In this document: one piece after another, positions 18,493-31,889 of the stretch
Layout of the letters: the number at the start of each line of letters is the position of its first letter
How positions within the stretch are numbered: the stretch's first letter is position 1
Origin: Fimbriosthenelais zetlandica
Taxonomy: Eukaryota
Assembly (NCBI GenBank): GCA_977030845.1
Contig: OZ365111.1
Coordinates: 48,112,001 to 48,176,000, forward strand
DNA length: 64,000 nucleotides
Direction: 5' to 3'
The notes under the pieces: model-generated
What the model was told of the DNA's origin: nothing
The model's input: only the letters and a program-made list of their open reading frames with translations
Databases searched by the model: none
Position numbers and translations under genes: made by a program

Positions 18493-21400
18493 TTAGTCTC
18501 TGGAGGTGAGTTGTGGGGGCTGGGGTTTGTGTCCAGTCATGTGACCCATCACCGGTACGATGGGTCTCACTAAGGGAGGGGGTTGGTGCATCACCCGAGG
18601 TGCAGGTGCCAATCTGAAAGAATAAAGTAAATATCATATTAAAAACATGCATGACTGTGACCAATTGGGAGACATTTCGGAATAATTCAAGTAGTTCAGC
18701 AGCCAATAAGACTTATAATTAATTTGTCCATTTCTTGGGAGTCTAATTTTAATATTATTTTAGATAAATGTAATATTATTTTAGATAACTTATTTTATAT
18801 AAATTTTATCTTATTAACTATCTAAAATATGTGATTTATCAGGGCATATTTTTTATTTTCTCATTTGTTCGAATACCATCACAGAAGAAGTTTTGAAAAA
18901 TTTTAAATTCAAAATAAAAACATTTTCTTTTTAGGAATAAACTGAATGGAGTATAAAATGAGAGTATGGGTTGAGTCTCTGCTCACCTGCCTTGGTGTTG
19001 TGGTTGGATGGGTGTTTGTCTGTTGTTGATGGAGGTTTTAGTAGCTGGGGTTTGTTTGAGGAGTGGGGGAGGTGCGCCCACACTAGGCTTGCTCTCTTCT
19101 TGATTACTGGTGGAGGGGGCAGTGTCATTAACAGGAGCATCAACTGGGGCGTCAATCTCCATCTGAAAATGACATCAAGTTTAGTTATTGCTTTTGTGAA
19201 TAAGTACTATAGCTTAATTAATCAAATAACAATTTTGCTGATCTAAACCAGGAGTACGAAACCGAGGATGTTCGGTCGATAGAAAATTACATTTGCACCA
19301 TTAAAATATTCCAATTCCAATAAGTACAGACAGAGAAAATTTAGTGTCAACAATTTCCTTTAAATGTAATTTTACTTTCGAATATTACAGGGGTCAACAT
19401 CCGAAAATATCTTGGTCCAAAATCCAGATCATTACCAAAAATCCCTGGTGTAAAATGAAGAAACTAATGAGAAACTTACGGGTTCGTCGTCGTCTTCTTT
19501 AATCTCGATGGTTCCATTCTCCTTCTCAAACTCGGCAAGCACCTCATCCAGGTTGTAGCGTCGTCGGTAGTTAGAGAAGAAGCTGCGGATGTGAGTGTCC
19601 GTCTTGTTACCGATGGTCTCAGCTATAGCTTTAAAGTCTTTACCGTACTTCCTTACTCCCTGAACAGCCAGCAATAACTCGTCATGCGTCCACCGGGCGT
19701 TGATTCTGTGTGCGCTCTGAAAGGTACATTCAAACTTCATTAATGGCTACAAGGGTAAAATATGTGTGTTAAGAGAAAATTAATTCTTTTTCCTAATACC
19801 AGTGGTAAAGTAGTACTCACTAAATGAAGGGGAAAACATAGTTTTCATTTCTTGAATCAGGGAAATATTATGTAGTTCGTAGATGCTACTTAAAGGGATT
19901 TATCTTCTTTTTTATGATGGAGAGTCTCAGAAACTTTTCTTTTGAGTGATTGGACGTTCAGACAGTTTGGTACATAGGTTTAAAACTTCCTGAGCTATAT
20001 TCTTTCTTTTTTTTCTCCTTTTTTTACAAAAAATATTTGTCATCTGAATACATTAGATGTTATCAATTTGTATATATAACTCACCTCTGGAATTCTGCTG
20101 GTCTCAATGCCTGGGGCTGCCTTATGTTTCTGCATGCTGATAATCTGTTTGTTGTTTTGGACCTGAAGGCAAAAAAAAACCATCAGGCATGAAGAACCAA
20201 GGACTAGAAAATCTAGATATTCCATTCTATAGTCCATATCATCTCACTGGAAACCAATTAGTGGCGTTTTTTCTTCTCTTTGCTTTTTTTAGAAGAAGAA
20301 TGTCCATAGTTCTGCTCTCTTTCCAGTTACTTTTTATTTTTCTCGTTATTAAATGCCGGTCTATATTTGTACCAGCCACCTGTACTTCCTACCATTATGT
20401 AGGTCAGTAGAGTGATACGTGAGAGTTAACAACTTACCTGTCTTTTTAAAGCCACCAGTTCCTCATCCAAGGCTCTTAATAGGGCGTCCCCCTGGCCGGG
20501 TGGACCAGTGGCGATCTCAATTAAATCATCGTAGATGAGGTGCATGCCTTTAGGTGGCCGTCTCTTGTTCTTCATGTTGTGTTTCCCTTGTAGCTGAGAA
20601 CTCTTAGGTCCTGGTCGTGTAGTACTGTTTTTATTTTCGGTTTCCTTCTGCAATTAGAAGTATTAAAGTTAGAGGTGTCTACTAAAAATGCCATTAATTA
20701 ATATCTTTTTTTAATTAAATAGGATGGTAAGAGATATAGGCCTAATGATTTTTTTTCAAATTTTCATATTCATATTTTATATAATTTTTCAAATTCATTT
20801 TTTCATATACACGTGTATATAATTTGTGATTTTTTTAAATATATACATCTAGATGACCAATATCTGTTAAATATAGATGGGACTAATCACTTACTCCATT
20901 TTCCTGTGCCTGTTCAAAGTCGCTGTCGCTGTTTCCGCTGCCCTCTCGCTCCTCCTCACTGTCGTCTCGCTGTGAAGCCAGTTTCCGTGCTTGTCTGTCC
21001 ATGAGGCTTGTCCGTGATCTTGTTTTCTTCCATGAATAATAATATTTCACAAGACTGGCAATGGACTTGTCAGGTAACTGTAAGCGAAAATTATCCAATA
21101 ACATCTGATTTCCAAATCTAGAGTAGCAATGTATAAAAGTTCTAAACATAAATGTTGGTTAAGAATATTTGTTTTTCTGATTCATATATTTAAGATGAGG
21201 GAAAAAACTAAGAAGCGGCGTTGACGGCTGATATTTTAAATATTTGTTGATGCTTAATAATAGGATCTTATAATGTCCTTATGTATGCATAATCTTCAGA
21301 ATTCCAATCTTTTGTGTGCTTAATTGAATCCCTGATTGTCCTGAAAATAGTATTTAATAATTCATTATAGTAATTACATTGCATTCACACAGGACATAGT

Positions 21401-24400
21401 GCCTTGGATGGGGGTTCTAATTGAAGCACATAATTTGTATTGTTCTCACCATTTGCCGGATCCTGTGAAAGCTTTTGCCATGGAAACTGAATGCCTGTTC
21501 GAACAATACTTTATCTTCCACAGTCCATTCATCCGGAAATGGGGTGAAATTGGCAAGATCAGTGAGAGCCTTGTCTACGTTGTGCTTGTGCCAGAACAAC
21601 ATTCCTAGTGCCTGCAAGATATCGAGGTAATGTTGGGTACAAACCAGAGAAAAAGTATATCAAAGAATAGATTTTTTATATATAAATTACATATATATAT
21701 TCTAACGACACAAAAATATATTTTAAGTTATTTTAATACAATTAGTTTTAGTTATAAATATATTTTTAAAAAATATCTTGGGTGACAAATATTTATTTGA
21801 CACATAAATTTATGCAACTTACTTGTTCAGTGTTGTATCCGTGTTTCTCCTTCGCTATTGATATATATTCATCAACTGCAATAAAAGACAATGATTCATG
21901 AGATTCAGATTTGAGCAGCTTTGATGTTAAAAGGCCTTTTGAATTACTGATAATTACAATATCATAATTACAATATCTGTAATTGTTTGCATTATTTAAA
22001 CTCACCTTTACATTCAGGTAAATCCGGATGAGGAGCCCAAACAAGCATTGCTTCCATTCGCGATTCGGGTTTGGCTTCTGGAAAGACAAAAAGTGGACCA
22101 TTAAAGAAATTGTTCTGGTTCATAAAATCAATTAGGTAATCACTTCTTTATCTCAGCACGATCAAAACTTGTTTTTGTTTTGGGGTTGTTTTTTTTTACT
22201 TTGTTTTTTCTTCATTTTTGTGGTGGCCCTGGAAAGCGTCACAAATTGTGTCGTTATCTTTAAATCAAATTTAATCGTTAAGAATTTTCCAATATAAAAT
22301 GATTTCCCAGTTGTAACCTGCAGATTTTTGTACTAAATTGATTTAGGAAAGATCCATGGGATTTGAACTCATGACCTTAGAGTATCACAGGATTATTTTA
22401 CATGTGAATTAAGACAAAGGTAACACTTGAACAAGGCTTTGACCCTTGGGTTTGAAACCAGTAATGGTAAAATAGATATAGACAACACATAGAAGGGCTA
22501 GATTTCACTACAATGAACCAAACACCAGATAGGGACCCTAATACATCTCTCCCTGAAATGGAAGAGGAGCTGTTGGAAAAACTAGTGCTGCCCCCTGGTT
22601 TTTACAAGGGAAGTGATTTGAGAACCTAGACTTGTACAGCCCCCCAGGTTATTTTATATTTTCATCAGAACCTTATAAATGTTGCCACCCAATAAAATCT
22701 AACAGATTATTATTATCAACTTTAGCTTCATTCGCAAATTGTATTTTAGTACGTTCTTAAATAATTTGTGGGTGAATATAATGAAGATTTAGAAAATTCA
22801 ACAAAGGGATAGAGACAAGTCTACAGTACTCCATCAAGCGCCATGTTCCCTTGTCACCATCAGTCCTTGCAAGTCCTGTCCTGGCTAGACTTGCTGAGAC
22901 ACAGGTGCAGTCCCTGACAAAAAAATATATTCACCGAAGCTTCCCAACACAAGCAACACTGATTATGATACCCTGCCTACACCAGGGCCATTGTTGGAAA
23001 ATATCATGTATGCATGTTATTGTATGTAATTCATACTGACCAATGGTGACAATGGTCAGCCCTGCCCCCAGCACATACATCAGCCAAGACTTAATGCATC
23101 CAACATGGAGGACCTCGGCCTTCACATTTTCAACCAAGTGTCTTGAATGTGGGTCCATCTAAGACTATTTAACCATGTATCCATCCATCTAACCATCCAC
23201 TCCCTCACCGACCCTCCCACTCATTTATTCATCCACCCACCCACCCACCCACCCCTCCAGTGAGTGTTTCGCGTATACAATGGTCCCCTACATGTATCAT
23301 TTGACATGCACTTTAAGTATTGGATATCTCATCTCAAATTTAAAGGGCAGGCCAACTACTCAGTCCATAAAATCAACCAAGATATTTTTTTCTATTTTCA
23401 ATGGGCAATAGAATGAAGCAGTTTCTGGGGAAAGCCAGATAACCAAGACAATAGAGTGAAACGACATTAAATTTAACCATGGTACTGCAGTAATTTATTT
23501 TTGGTGCCCTGGCCACCTCCAGCTCAGAATTCCTTGGCAAGTGTCCTTCTATCCTCTAAGAAATTAATATTGGAGTCCTGACATATTATACTGTATACAT
23601 AGCCGTATCGAGTCTAACATAGGCTGTGCTAGACTTGGCACATTGCTGGGACCAGTGTATGCAATTCCCATATTAGGGGACGGGAAATAAAAACATTGCA
23701 TACGGTTTTTGTTTCTTCAGTCACATTTTCTTTTTTTCCTTTTCCCCATGTTTTGTTTTTCTCAGCTCTGTGTATTTGTGATTTGCAAGTTTTTCCCCAG
23801 GCTCCCTCATGGCCGGGAAGAAAGCCCAGCAGGCGGACATGATTGTCATTGTTTTTTGTAACATTTATTTTCACCATAGGGCTTTATATATTTACTTTTT
23901 GTTGGGCTTTTTTTTCTTTCAGTCGAGGGGAAGGTCTAAGGATGAGACTGGTGGGCCTTGTAGGAGGGTAGATGTCTTTGGTCTTGTACAAATCTACAGT
24001 CCCTCTGACGGTCTGACCATACATTGTATTTCTCAATGTATGTCGATAGCGTGTTTCCTACTCGTCCTGAGATAGCGGAGAAAGACCCGACTGGGCATTA
24101 ACCAAATATTCTCTCAATCTAAAATAGATCACAGGTAGCACCATATGGTATTGCTTCGAACCACCAACTTGAAATTGACAGATTTCGTCAAACTGCAAAA
24201 TCCAAGAAAGAAGACTGTAGGTACAACACCCACCTACATTGACTTGTCTCCATTTTATCTGTCAGACTATCTACAGACCCATTACAACTCTGCAGGGAAT
24301 TATTGAATTCAGTTTGCCCATTTTATCTCATTTATGTTGGACTGTCAGCAAACCAACCTAATCATAGAAAGATAATCTTTATTACAGATATTAAAGTTCC

Positions 24401-27400
24401 AGTCGAACCCCTCTGGTAACACCACTGAGTGGTCTTCCAGTTGGCTGTGGGTGTAGGACTGAGATTTTTTATCAGTAAATCATAATTTAACCATGTAATA
24501 GGACAGACTGATATTTGAGATGTTCCCCAAGCTTTTCATCAGTTAAAACAGTAGTTTGCCTTTCTGCTTGTCTCAGGGCAAACAGAGAGTAAGATGGTAG
24601 TGCTGATGGGAGATCGGGGGTGGAGGGGGGGGGGGGGGGGGGAGGTAGAGGGGATGTGGGAGTGTCAGACTTTGATTTTCCCCATTGGGCCTGCGGTCTT
24701 TCCCGAACTGCGGGCAGGGAAAAGGGGAAATATTCCCCTCTGAACTTCCATGTTGAGAGGATCTCATATCGGGTTACAGAAGGTAGTATTATATGAGTGC
24801 TGCTTTGGTTTCCCAGCGCTGCTTATACATGATAGTCTCAATATCATATAGTGACCACAGGGCAGCAGAAATACATAGTGAATCCTGAATACTGGAGGGG
24901 CATTTACAGAGGTCATAAGTATGGAAGGACTATATATACTATACTGGTCCTAATCCCCTACCGCTACTAAAATACCATTCCCCAGAAGAGAGGTCGGACC
25001 AGTGGTCCATTGTCTTCTAGAGAGGTCGGGAGGTTGTAGAGGGACTATTCTGAAATGACCAAATTACGGTCTCATGGGTCACATGTCAGAGACTGGAGGC
25101 TAAATATTTATTTTCTCACCTCGCCATCACACTTCGCCACATTTATAATTCACAGTCTGACGGTCCTCCTTTAACATTTTTGTTTTTATTTTTATGAGCT
25201 CGCGGCTGTGCCACACCCTCGGAGAACTGCTCTGCCCCCCCCTCCCCCCCCCCCCCCCGGCCCCATTCCCCCTCCCACACACACAGCTATCCCCCCAGTC
25301 CAATTCCCCCTCCCACACCACCACCCCCTCCCTGCCCCATTCCCCCCTCCCACACACACAGCCATCCCCCCAACCCCATGCCCCCTCCCCCACCCAACCA
25401 CTACTTCCACCTCTGAGCCCGCCCCCCCCCCCACCCCCCCCCCCCCACCCCCCCCCCCCCCCAGCCCAGCTCGGCTTGGGAGGATTTCTACCTAATTAAC
25501 AAGTAGGTTACCACGTGACGCAGGGGACCGTGCATTAGTTACAACGAGGGGGGGTGGACAGGGACGGGGGAGCGTGGGAGGGCGTCAGGAAAAATCAATA
25601 CCTGGGAGGTCATCACTGAAGGAAAAACACTTCACATTAAAGTAGAATCCCACAATAAAATATACCATGAAAATGAAATAACCCATGAATCTATATACAA
25701 CAAACAATGCTTAGCATGCATGTACATTCCAGGCAAACTTGGGCCATAACTGATTTTTATCTTAGAGATAGAGCCCAGGAACAAATAAGGGGCAACCACG
25801 AGGGGTGTCCCGAGCCCCTATCTACCCTCACTCCCTCATTAGCAATGGTCGACCCCAGAGCCTACAGGCCCAGACTGCAGGTCACACGGAGGTAGACAGG
25901 ATCTACCCTACCCGCCTCGGATGAGGCAGAATGATGGGATGGAGGTTGGAGGCCTACAGATTCCCAAACCCCCTAACCCCCCAACCATCCCCACCCCCCG
26001 CACTATTTTGCCATATATAAGGTTTTTTTTATCCCAAAGGACCAACTTAGGAAACCATAACAAGGTCTTAAAGAACATCGGTCTACTATGCAAAAATACA
26101 TTAGGTCATGTGACTTGTTTCAGCCAATGAGCACACTAGGCTGGGAAACAAAAATTGGCGCGACTGTTCAGTCCAAGGGTAGCAGTATGGAAAATGAGCC
26201 TCAGCACAGGATTTTCAATTTTGGTAAATCAAAAATTTAAAACGAACAAGTTATGTTCCCTAGTGATATCATGAAGAAGAACAAACCAAAAAAGAACGCA
26301 AGCAGCTTCAGAATACTTCAGCAGCCCTGAAAAATCGGCTTCCATATATTTCATTCCTAAAACTTCCCAACCCAGGGGCTTTCAAGCAGTTCAGAACGAA
26401 ATAAAGATGCCCTTACAGGGGCCATTATCTGAAGTCACCCCCAACTATCGATGTGCCGTTCAATAAAAGTCCAGAGTAAGTGAACATTTCTGTTCCATTC
26501 AGCAATTGTTAATCTCAGGACAACTCCAACAAGTAGGAAACACGCAGTCGGGATTGCTCTTCTCGTATGAAGCAATGGTTATTTCACATGCCTAGAGCTC
26601 ACATTAGACATGATTGGCCTTTGTTTTCCCAGTTAGCAGCACTGGAGGAAGAAGCCAGGACAATGGCAAATCTGGAGAATGAAGCATGGAGCATCCATGG
26701 CTATTCCTCATGTCCATTGGAATAGCCATTGAAATTGACCTTCACTTTAATGCAAAATTGTAAATGCATCAGGGACCATCCCGGGTGCATATCAGGTCTG
26801 ACCATCCCATAACAAGGCCTTTTAGGCTGGGGAGATGAGGGCCACCCCTCCCTGCTCCTACCCATGTACAACCCCCTCCCCCAGGAGAGCAGAATTTGAT
26901 TATGGCCTGGGGGACCAGCTCCCTATAAACACAGTGGTAAATGTCGGTTGGGGGTTTGGACTGGGGGAGGGGGAAAGGGATTGAGACTAGGTAATACCCA
27001 GGGGTTCAGTGACATGGGCAGATTAACTTAGGCTAAGAGTTTAAGTGTTTTTACACGTCATAATCTTACAGATGGAAATATTATTCACAGGAATAAACAA
27101 AATGTGGGACCACTGTCACCAGCAGTACAAATTTCAAATCCCCCCAAAATATACATGAGCTTTCCTCCTCGGTGAAAAATATCCGAGAATGAAAAATGTT
27201 TTAGATCTAAATTAAAATAAATGGTGAGCAAATAAGATTTTGACATCGAATACCCGTAGTTGAATCACAAATCTTGCCAGATGCTAGGTTTAGACCTGTC
27301 AAATCGTGACGTGAGTAAATAAGATAAAACATTGTGCCATAATTTCATTCCAGAAGGCCAGCATTACAAGGTTTCAATCACACTGGTGAAGAATGAGTGA

Positions 27401-28751
27401 ATATTTGTTCAACATCCTGTCAGCAATGTTTCAGCTATCTCAGGATGAGAAGGAAACAGGCTGTCGGCACACAATGGCCTGCCCCTGGCAGCAATAGTTC
27501 TTTTACATACATCACCATGCAAAAATTTACTGTAAAGTGTTCTGAAAATAAAAATAGATGCCTGAATCAGCCTGCAAAATGCTGCCCCGCCCAAGATCCA
27601 TGTTCAATCCGAAAGCATTAAAGTGAATGTAAAATCATCTCAGCCTTTAGAAGTTAGATCCCCCACATAGCCAAAGTACAACAGGCCTAAAAAGGTCGAT
27701 GGTAGATTAAATGTTTAATGTCGTTATGAATTCCATCTGAACATGTTCTGGCTGGATTTTAAGGTATTAGATAAAGTTCAACTCCTAAACAATCACCAAA
27801 TCCATTTGCCACCTACCCATTAGTGGCAATCATGAATTTGTTGATGGGCAATATTTATTTTATTATTATATCACTTAGGTAGTGACAACAGACAGGTAGA
27901 TCTAGTCTCTTTTTGGTTTAAAGTGTGTGTAGACATTGTAGGATAGGTACGAAAAAGGACGAGGAGAAATTTGAGCAATATAATTGTGAGCATCACCACC
28001 TGCTCAGTGACACAATAACTTGGTAATTTATAAGGAAAACTTAGACCTAAAATAGGATTTTAATGTAATTTTCAACAAAAAGTGGAATTTTTAGTCTAGA
28101 TCTAATTATGTTGTTTAATTTAGTCTAATTCTAATTTAATTTTTTTTTTTTTTTTTTTTTGGGGGGGGGGGGGGGGGGGTCAGGGTCAGGGTCAGGGTCA
28201 GTATTAAATTTAAAATGCTGCAAATCTGAAAATGACAACTATAAGTAGGCCTACTTCATTAGGAAGTGATATGACCTAATACACAATGCCTTGAGCTTTG
28301 TAGTGTAGGCCTACACCCCAACCAAGTCTACTACTAGGCCTATAGTATTATTAGTACTAGTAGGCTAGGCCTACTACTACTATCCTTGCCCCCCACCCAA
28401 CCCTGGCTTTCACGCACATGCATGTTCAAAAAATGGAATTGAATTTTACCTGGGTTATAAGACGGGATGGCGGTTTGATATTCTTCTCCTATTCTCATAC
28501 CACTATCTGAAATAATACACAACCCCCGTGAATCAACAATGAAACAACAGGAACTCAAAACAAGAAGTTGAACAGTCTTGAAAAAGAAATTAGAAAGCGG
28601 GAAGTTCCCCACAACAAATGAATGACAACTACACACCATGGTCGGAGTCATCCGTGGCGCTGCTATCGTCAGATAAATGGCCATTAGGGCTCGGGCCCCG
28701 AGAACGCTTTCCATTTCTGGTTTCCTCCATGTTCTTATCTCCAACAACCAT
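18493..28751 (-). CDS. RCOR: REST corepressor (CoREST; ELM2-SANT1-linker-SANT2, Pro-rich tail), 11 exons, 487 aa
   Basis: Exons 28751-28637, 28506-28450, 22077-22006, 21875-21823, 21611-21450, 21077-20895, 20647-20438, 20162-20085, 19716-19480, 19162-18987, 18613-18493; total 1464 nt. Motifs [56 protein letters not shown] and [21 protein letters not shown]. The N-terminal [12 protein letters not shown] resembles fly CoREST. Named at family level because it is pro-orthologous to RCOR1/2/3. Confidence 0.95.
24015..24080 (+). mobile_element. SINE 3' fragment (same family as 43947-44215)
   Basis: atagcgtgtttcctactcgtcctgagatagc matches the 3' part of the 43947 copy in reverse orientation. Confidence 0.65.
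25232..25465. repeat. C-rich low-complexity tract with two copies of a ~36-bp unit; G-rich on the RCOR sense strand
   Basis: Long C runs. cccattccccctcccacacacacagc(t/c)atcccccca occurs at about 25262 and about 25336. Confidence 0.85.
26530..26620 (-). mobile_element. Degenerate SINE core fragment (same family)
   Basis: agtaggaaacacgcagtcgg...gcaatggttatttcacatgcc aligns with the 43960-44030 text. Confidence 0.55.
27425..27480 (-). mobile_element. SINE 3' fragment (same family)
   Basis: cagctatctcaggatgagaaggaaacaggctgtcggcacacaatgg closely matches 43947-43993. Confidence 0.7.
28140..28200. repeat. T21-G19 homopolymers running into (GGGTCA)4
   Basis: Read directly. GGGTCA starts at 28177, 28183, 28189 and 28195. 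Confidence 0.9.
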
Positions 28752-31700
28752 GTCAGGCCTCACAGAATGAATAAAAAAGGTTATGTCCAAAGTTTCCACG
28801 GGTTTTGAACGATTGAAAGAGAATAGCTAACTTTGGTGTGCTCTCGGCTCCGCACACGCCGCGAAGCACCACTTCACCGCCCGCTAATACACAATCTTCC
28901 TCCGCACCACAATGTGGTTTATATAACCACAGTTTTAAGCATCAAAAGTGACTCCTAAAATTATGAATCCCTTTCTAATTAAATTTCATGTTGTAATGGA
29001 CTGATAACCTGATTTTCTTGACGTTTGAGTCAATTTTCTAAGTTTGGTAATTTCCCTCCCATGAGTGGCGGAGTGATACAAAATACCGGGGTCTCTTTGC
29101 GGAACAACGAAGACAGAATTACCAACCAAAATGGCGGAGCTCGAACTGATGGATGCCCAATACCAAAATAAATCAGGCGAACTCTACCAGATAATGGTAG
29201 CTGAATAATCCAGAGCTTTCCATATATGATCTAAAGACAATTTGATTTGCATTTCCAATGATATACTGCGTAATAATATCGTAATTATATCAATAAACAC
29301 TACGACACAGACTGACTCTAAGTATAGGAAAGTTTCCCCCTTGGTTTAAACATAGGGACAAAACCTAGGAGGCAATCGTAGAAATTGGGTCGATTTGAAA
29401 TTTGATTTCAGTGGTTATTTTTCGCGAAAATACGATATACAAGCTTAAGCTATCATGTACTTTTCATTTTCGAACTATCTTTGGTAGTATAAGGGACGAA
29501 ATAATTTATTTGGTGATCAGATCCCTTGCTTGAAGGGTTGGTACGGCTGAGAACAGAGTAACATCATTGAACATCGTACATTCAGGCCAGGCCAGTTTTA
29601 ACCTACATCCACAGCAGGGATTTTGCAATTTTAGAAGAAAAGGGTGTTTGAGGTTCAAAGTCGTTTAAAATTTGGAATAAAATATAACATCATTTCCTCA
29701 TTACTTGGATGTCGTCCAACCTATTAAAAACTGGGGTAGGCCTAATGGGATAGGATCCATTTCACAGCTACGGGTGCCAAACCTAGGGAGAAGACCTAAT
29801 AATTAAGTACATGGGCCACATGGCTTGGCCTTATTTACTGGCTCTGAAAATAACATGAAATTTATGAGAACTTGGAAAACCTTATCAAAAATGACAAAAT
29901 AACATAATTTTATTTTTCGTTGTCATTTCGGGAAGTTAGGAGACAATTATTGACACTAATAGTCCATAATTGATCAGTAATGAAGCAGCCCTATATCTGT
30001 AGACCATCATATACGGGAAATAATTATTTTCCAGATATTTATAGACATATAGTTCAATCTAACAACAAAAGATTCGTTGAAAATACCGTTTTATCCAAAT
30101 TTCTATTTGATACTGGCCTTAAAGAATAGGATACTAAAGAATGAATAAATAAAGGGACAATTCATAAAGTACATCCAGGGGTTCTCTCTTTCTTTTCGTT
30201 TCCATTTTACTGTTTTTATGCGTTTATATATTGTTTTTGGTCGTAGGCCTATGACTGAAAACTGAAATTAATAACAGGGCCTAACTTTCAATATCAAAAT
30301 GATTGTAGACTCATTTAATGTGTTACCTAATAAATGAAGTTAACTTTATTATCAATTATAGCAGTCATTTCCTATGTTTAGGATTCTATTTAGCCTACAG
30401 GTTAGTAAATGCGTAGGCCTATATAATATTTTACCCATGTAGATGTTGTAGAGTAAATATAAATCCTTTCCTCAACGAGACGCCAAATCCTTATCAGTAC
30501 GTCATCTCCCCACCCTCCTCTTTCACACAACGAAATCGTTATCTGTTTCGAACAAAATTTAATCTAAAATAAAAATGTTTAATAATTTGTGGAAAGTTTC
30601 CGATCAGATTACACTTGGTACATCTATGGCAGTACCTAGAAAACCAGGCGGATGGAAATAACACTGTCTTCAATCTCCTGGAAACCATATGACATGAAAT
30701 AAGAGATATTAACATTTCTGATGCATTCAGAATTGTATTACGCTCGGCTGGCAAATTAATTGGCACTACGTTATAGATTTGGTGTTCATGTTCTCTAATT
30801 AGGGCCTATATATAGGCCTACTTGTAATATGCTATTTAAAATTGACATCCTCTCTAAAAATAGGTACGGGTATTACATTAAACCAATTTTGTAATACAAT
30901 TTGTAAGTTGGACATTTATTTCTGTCGCCTGTTTTGAACAACTGACTACTATTAAACAACAGCAACATTTATCCAGGGTATTTCTTGCCCAATAAAGATT
31001 TCAGACATGTTTCAGCTCTTTCCAATTGATTACGTTAGTTTGGAAATTTAAAATGGAATTGCCCCACCAAACAATTATATATCAGTTTAATAAGGTGTAT
31101 CTCTTGTTAGAGGCGACTTATTGTACCCAAGATGTAAGTACACCAATTGCTGGGAGGCTATAAATGCCGACCTTTCCCCAAGCTGTAAATATAAGCCCAA
31201 GCAAGTTTATTGTTTTCCCAGACAATTTATCCAAATACACACAAGAGATATTTTAATGACAAACTAAATCAATTTTATCAATTAGCTTTGGCGAGAAATG
31301 TTGAAATATTTTCTCAGCAGAGCACATAATACTGATGTTCAATATTTATTTTAAAAGGGATAAGCATTTTTTTCTCGTGTAGGCTCAGGAATCAGAAAAC
31401 TGGTGAAAGAAGGGAGGAATCTGCGTCCGACTTAATATAAATCGCAAAAGTGTGCAGATATTTGGCTAGAAGTTCTACCGAGTTCCCAAGAATAAAATAT
31501 TTATTAATTCCAGAAAAACCTTCGAGGAAAACATTATAATGGGTTATCCTATTCCCCTGATAAATACATATCATTATACTTTTGAATAAAGCTGACCATT
31601 ATGAAAAATATTCCCCAGAAGCAAGTACTGCGGTGAATTTATGACATCTGGCCTATTTCAGCCCCCTCCCACCTACCTCCCTCCCACCACATCCTGTCCT

Positions 31701-31889
31701 TCCCTCCCCCCATTCTTCCCGCCCTCCCACCCGTCCCCACTCCCCCTTTCCCTCCCACCCGCCATCAAACACACGACCCCTGACGCAGCTGTGGAGGGGA
31801 GGTTATTATTTGAGGGGGGTACTGCTTTTATTGCCTCCTCACATACCACCCCCCTGTGTCTGCTGTGGATGTGGGTGGATGTGGTGTGG

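Noticed and set aside
25127-25499. Pro-rich and Gly-rich ORFs
   Set aside because: By-products of the C-rich tract inside RCOR intron 2.
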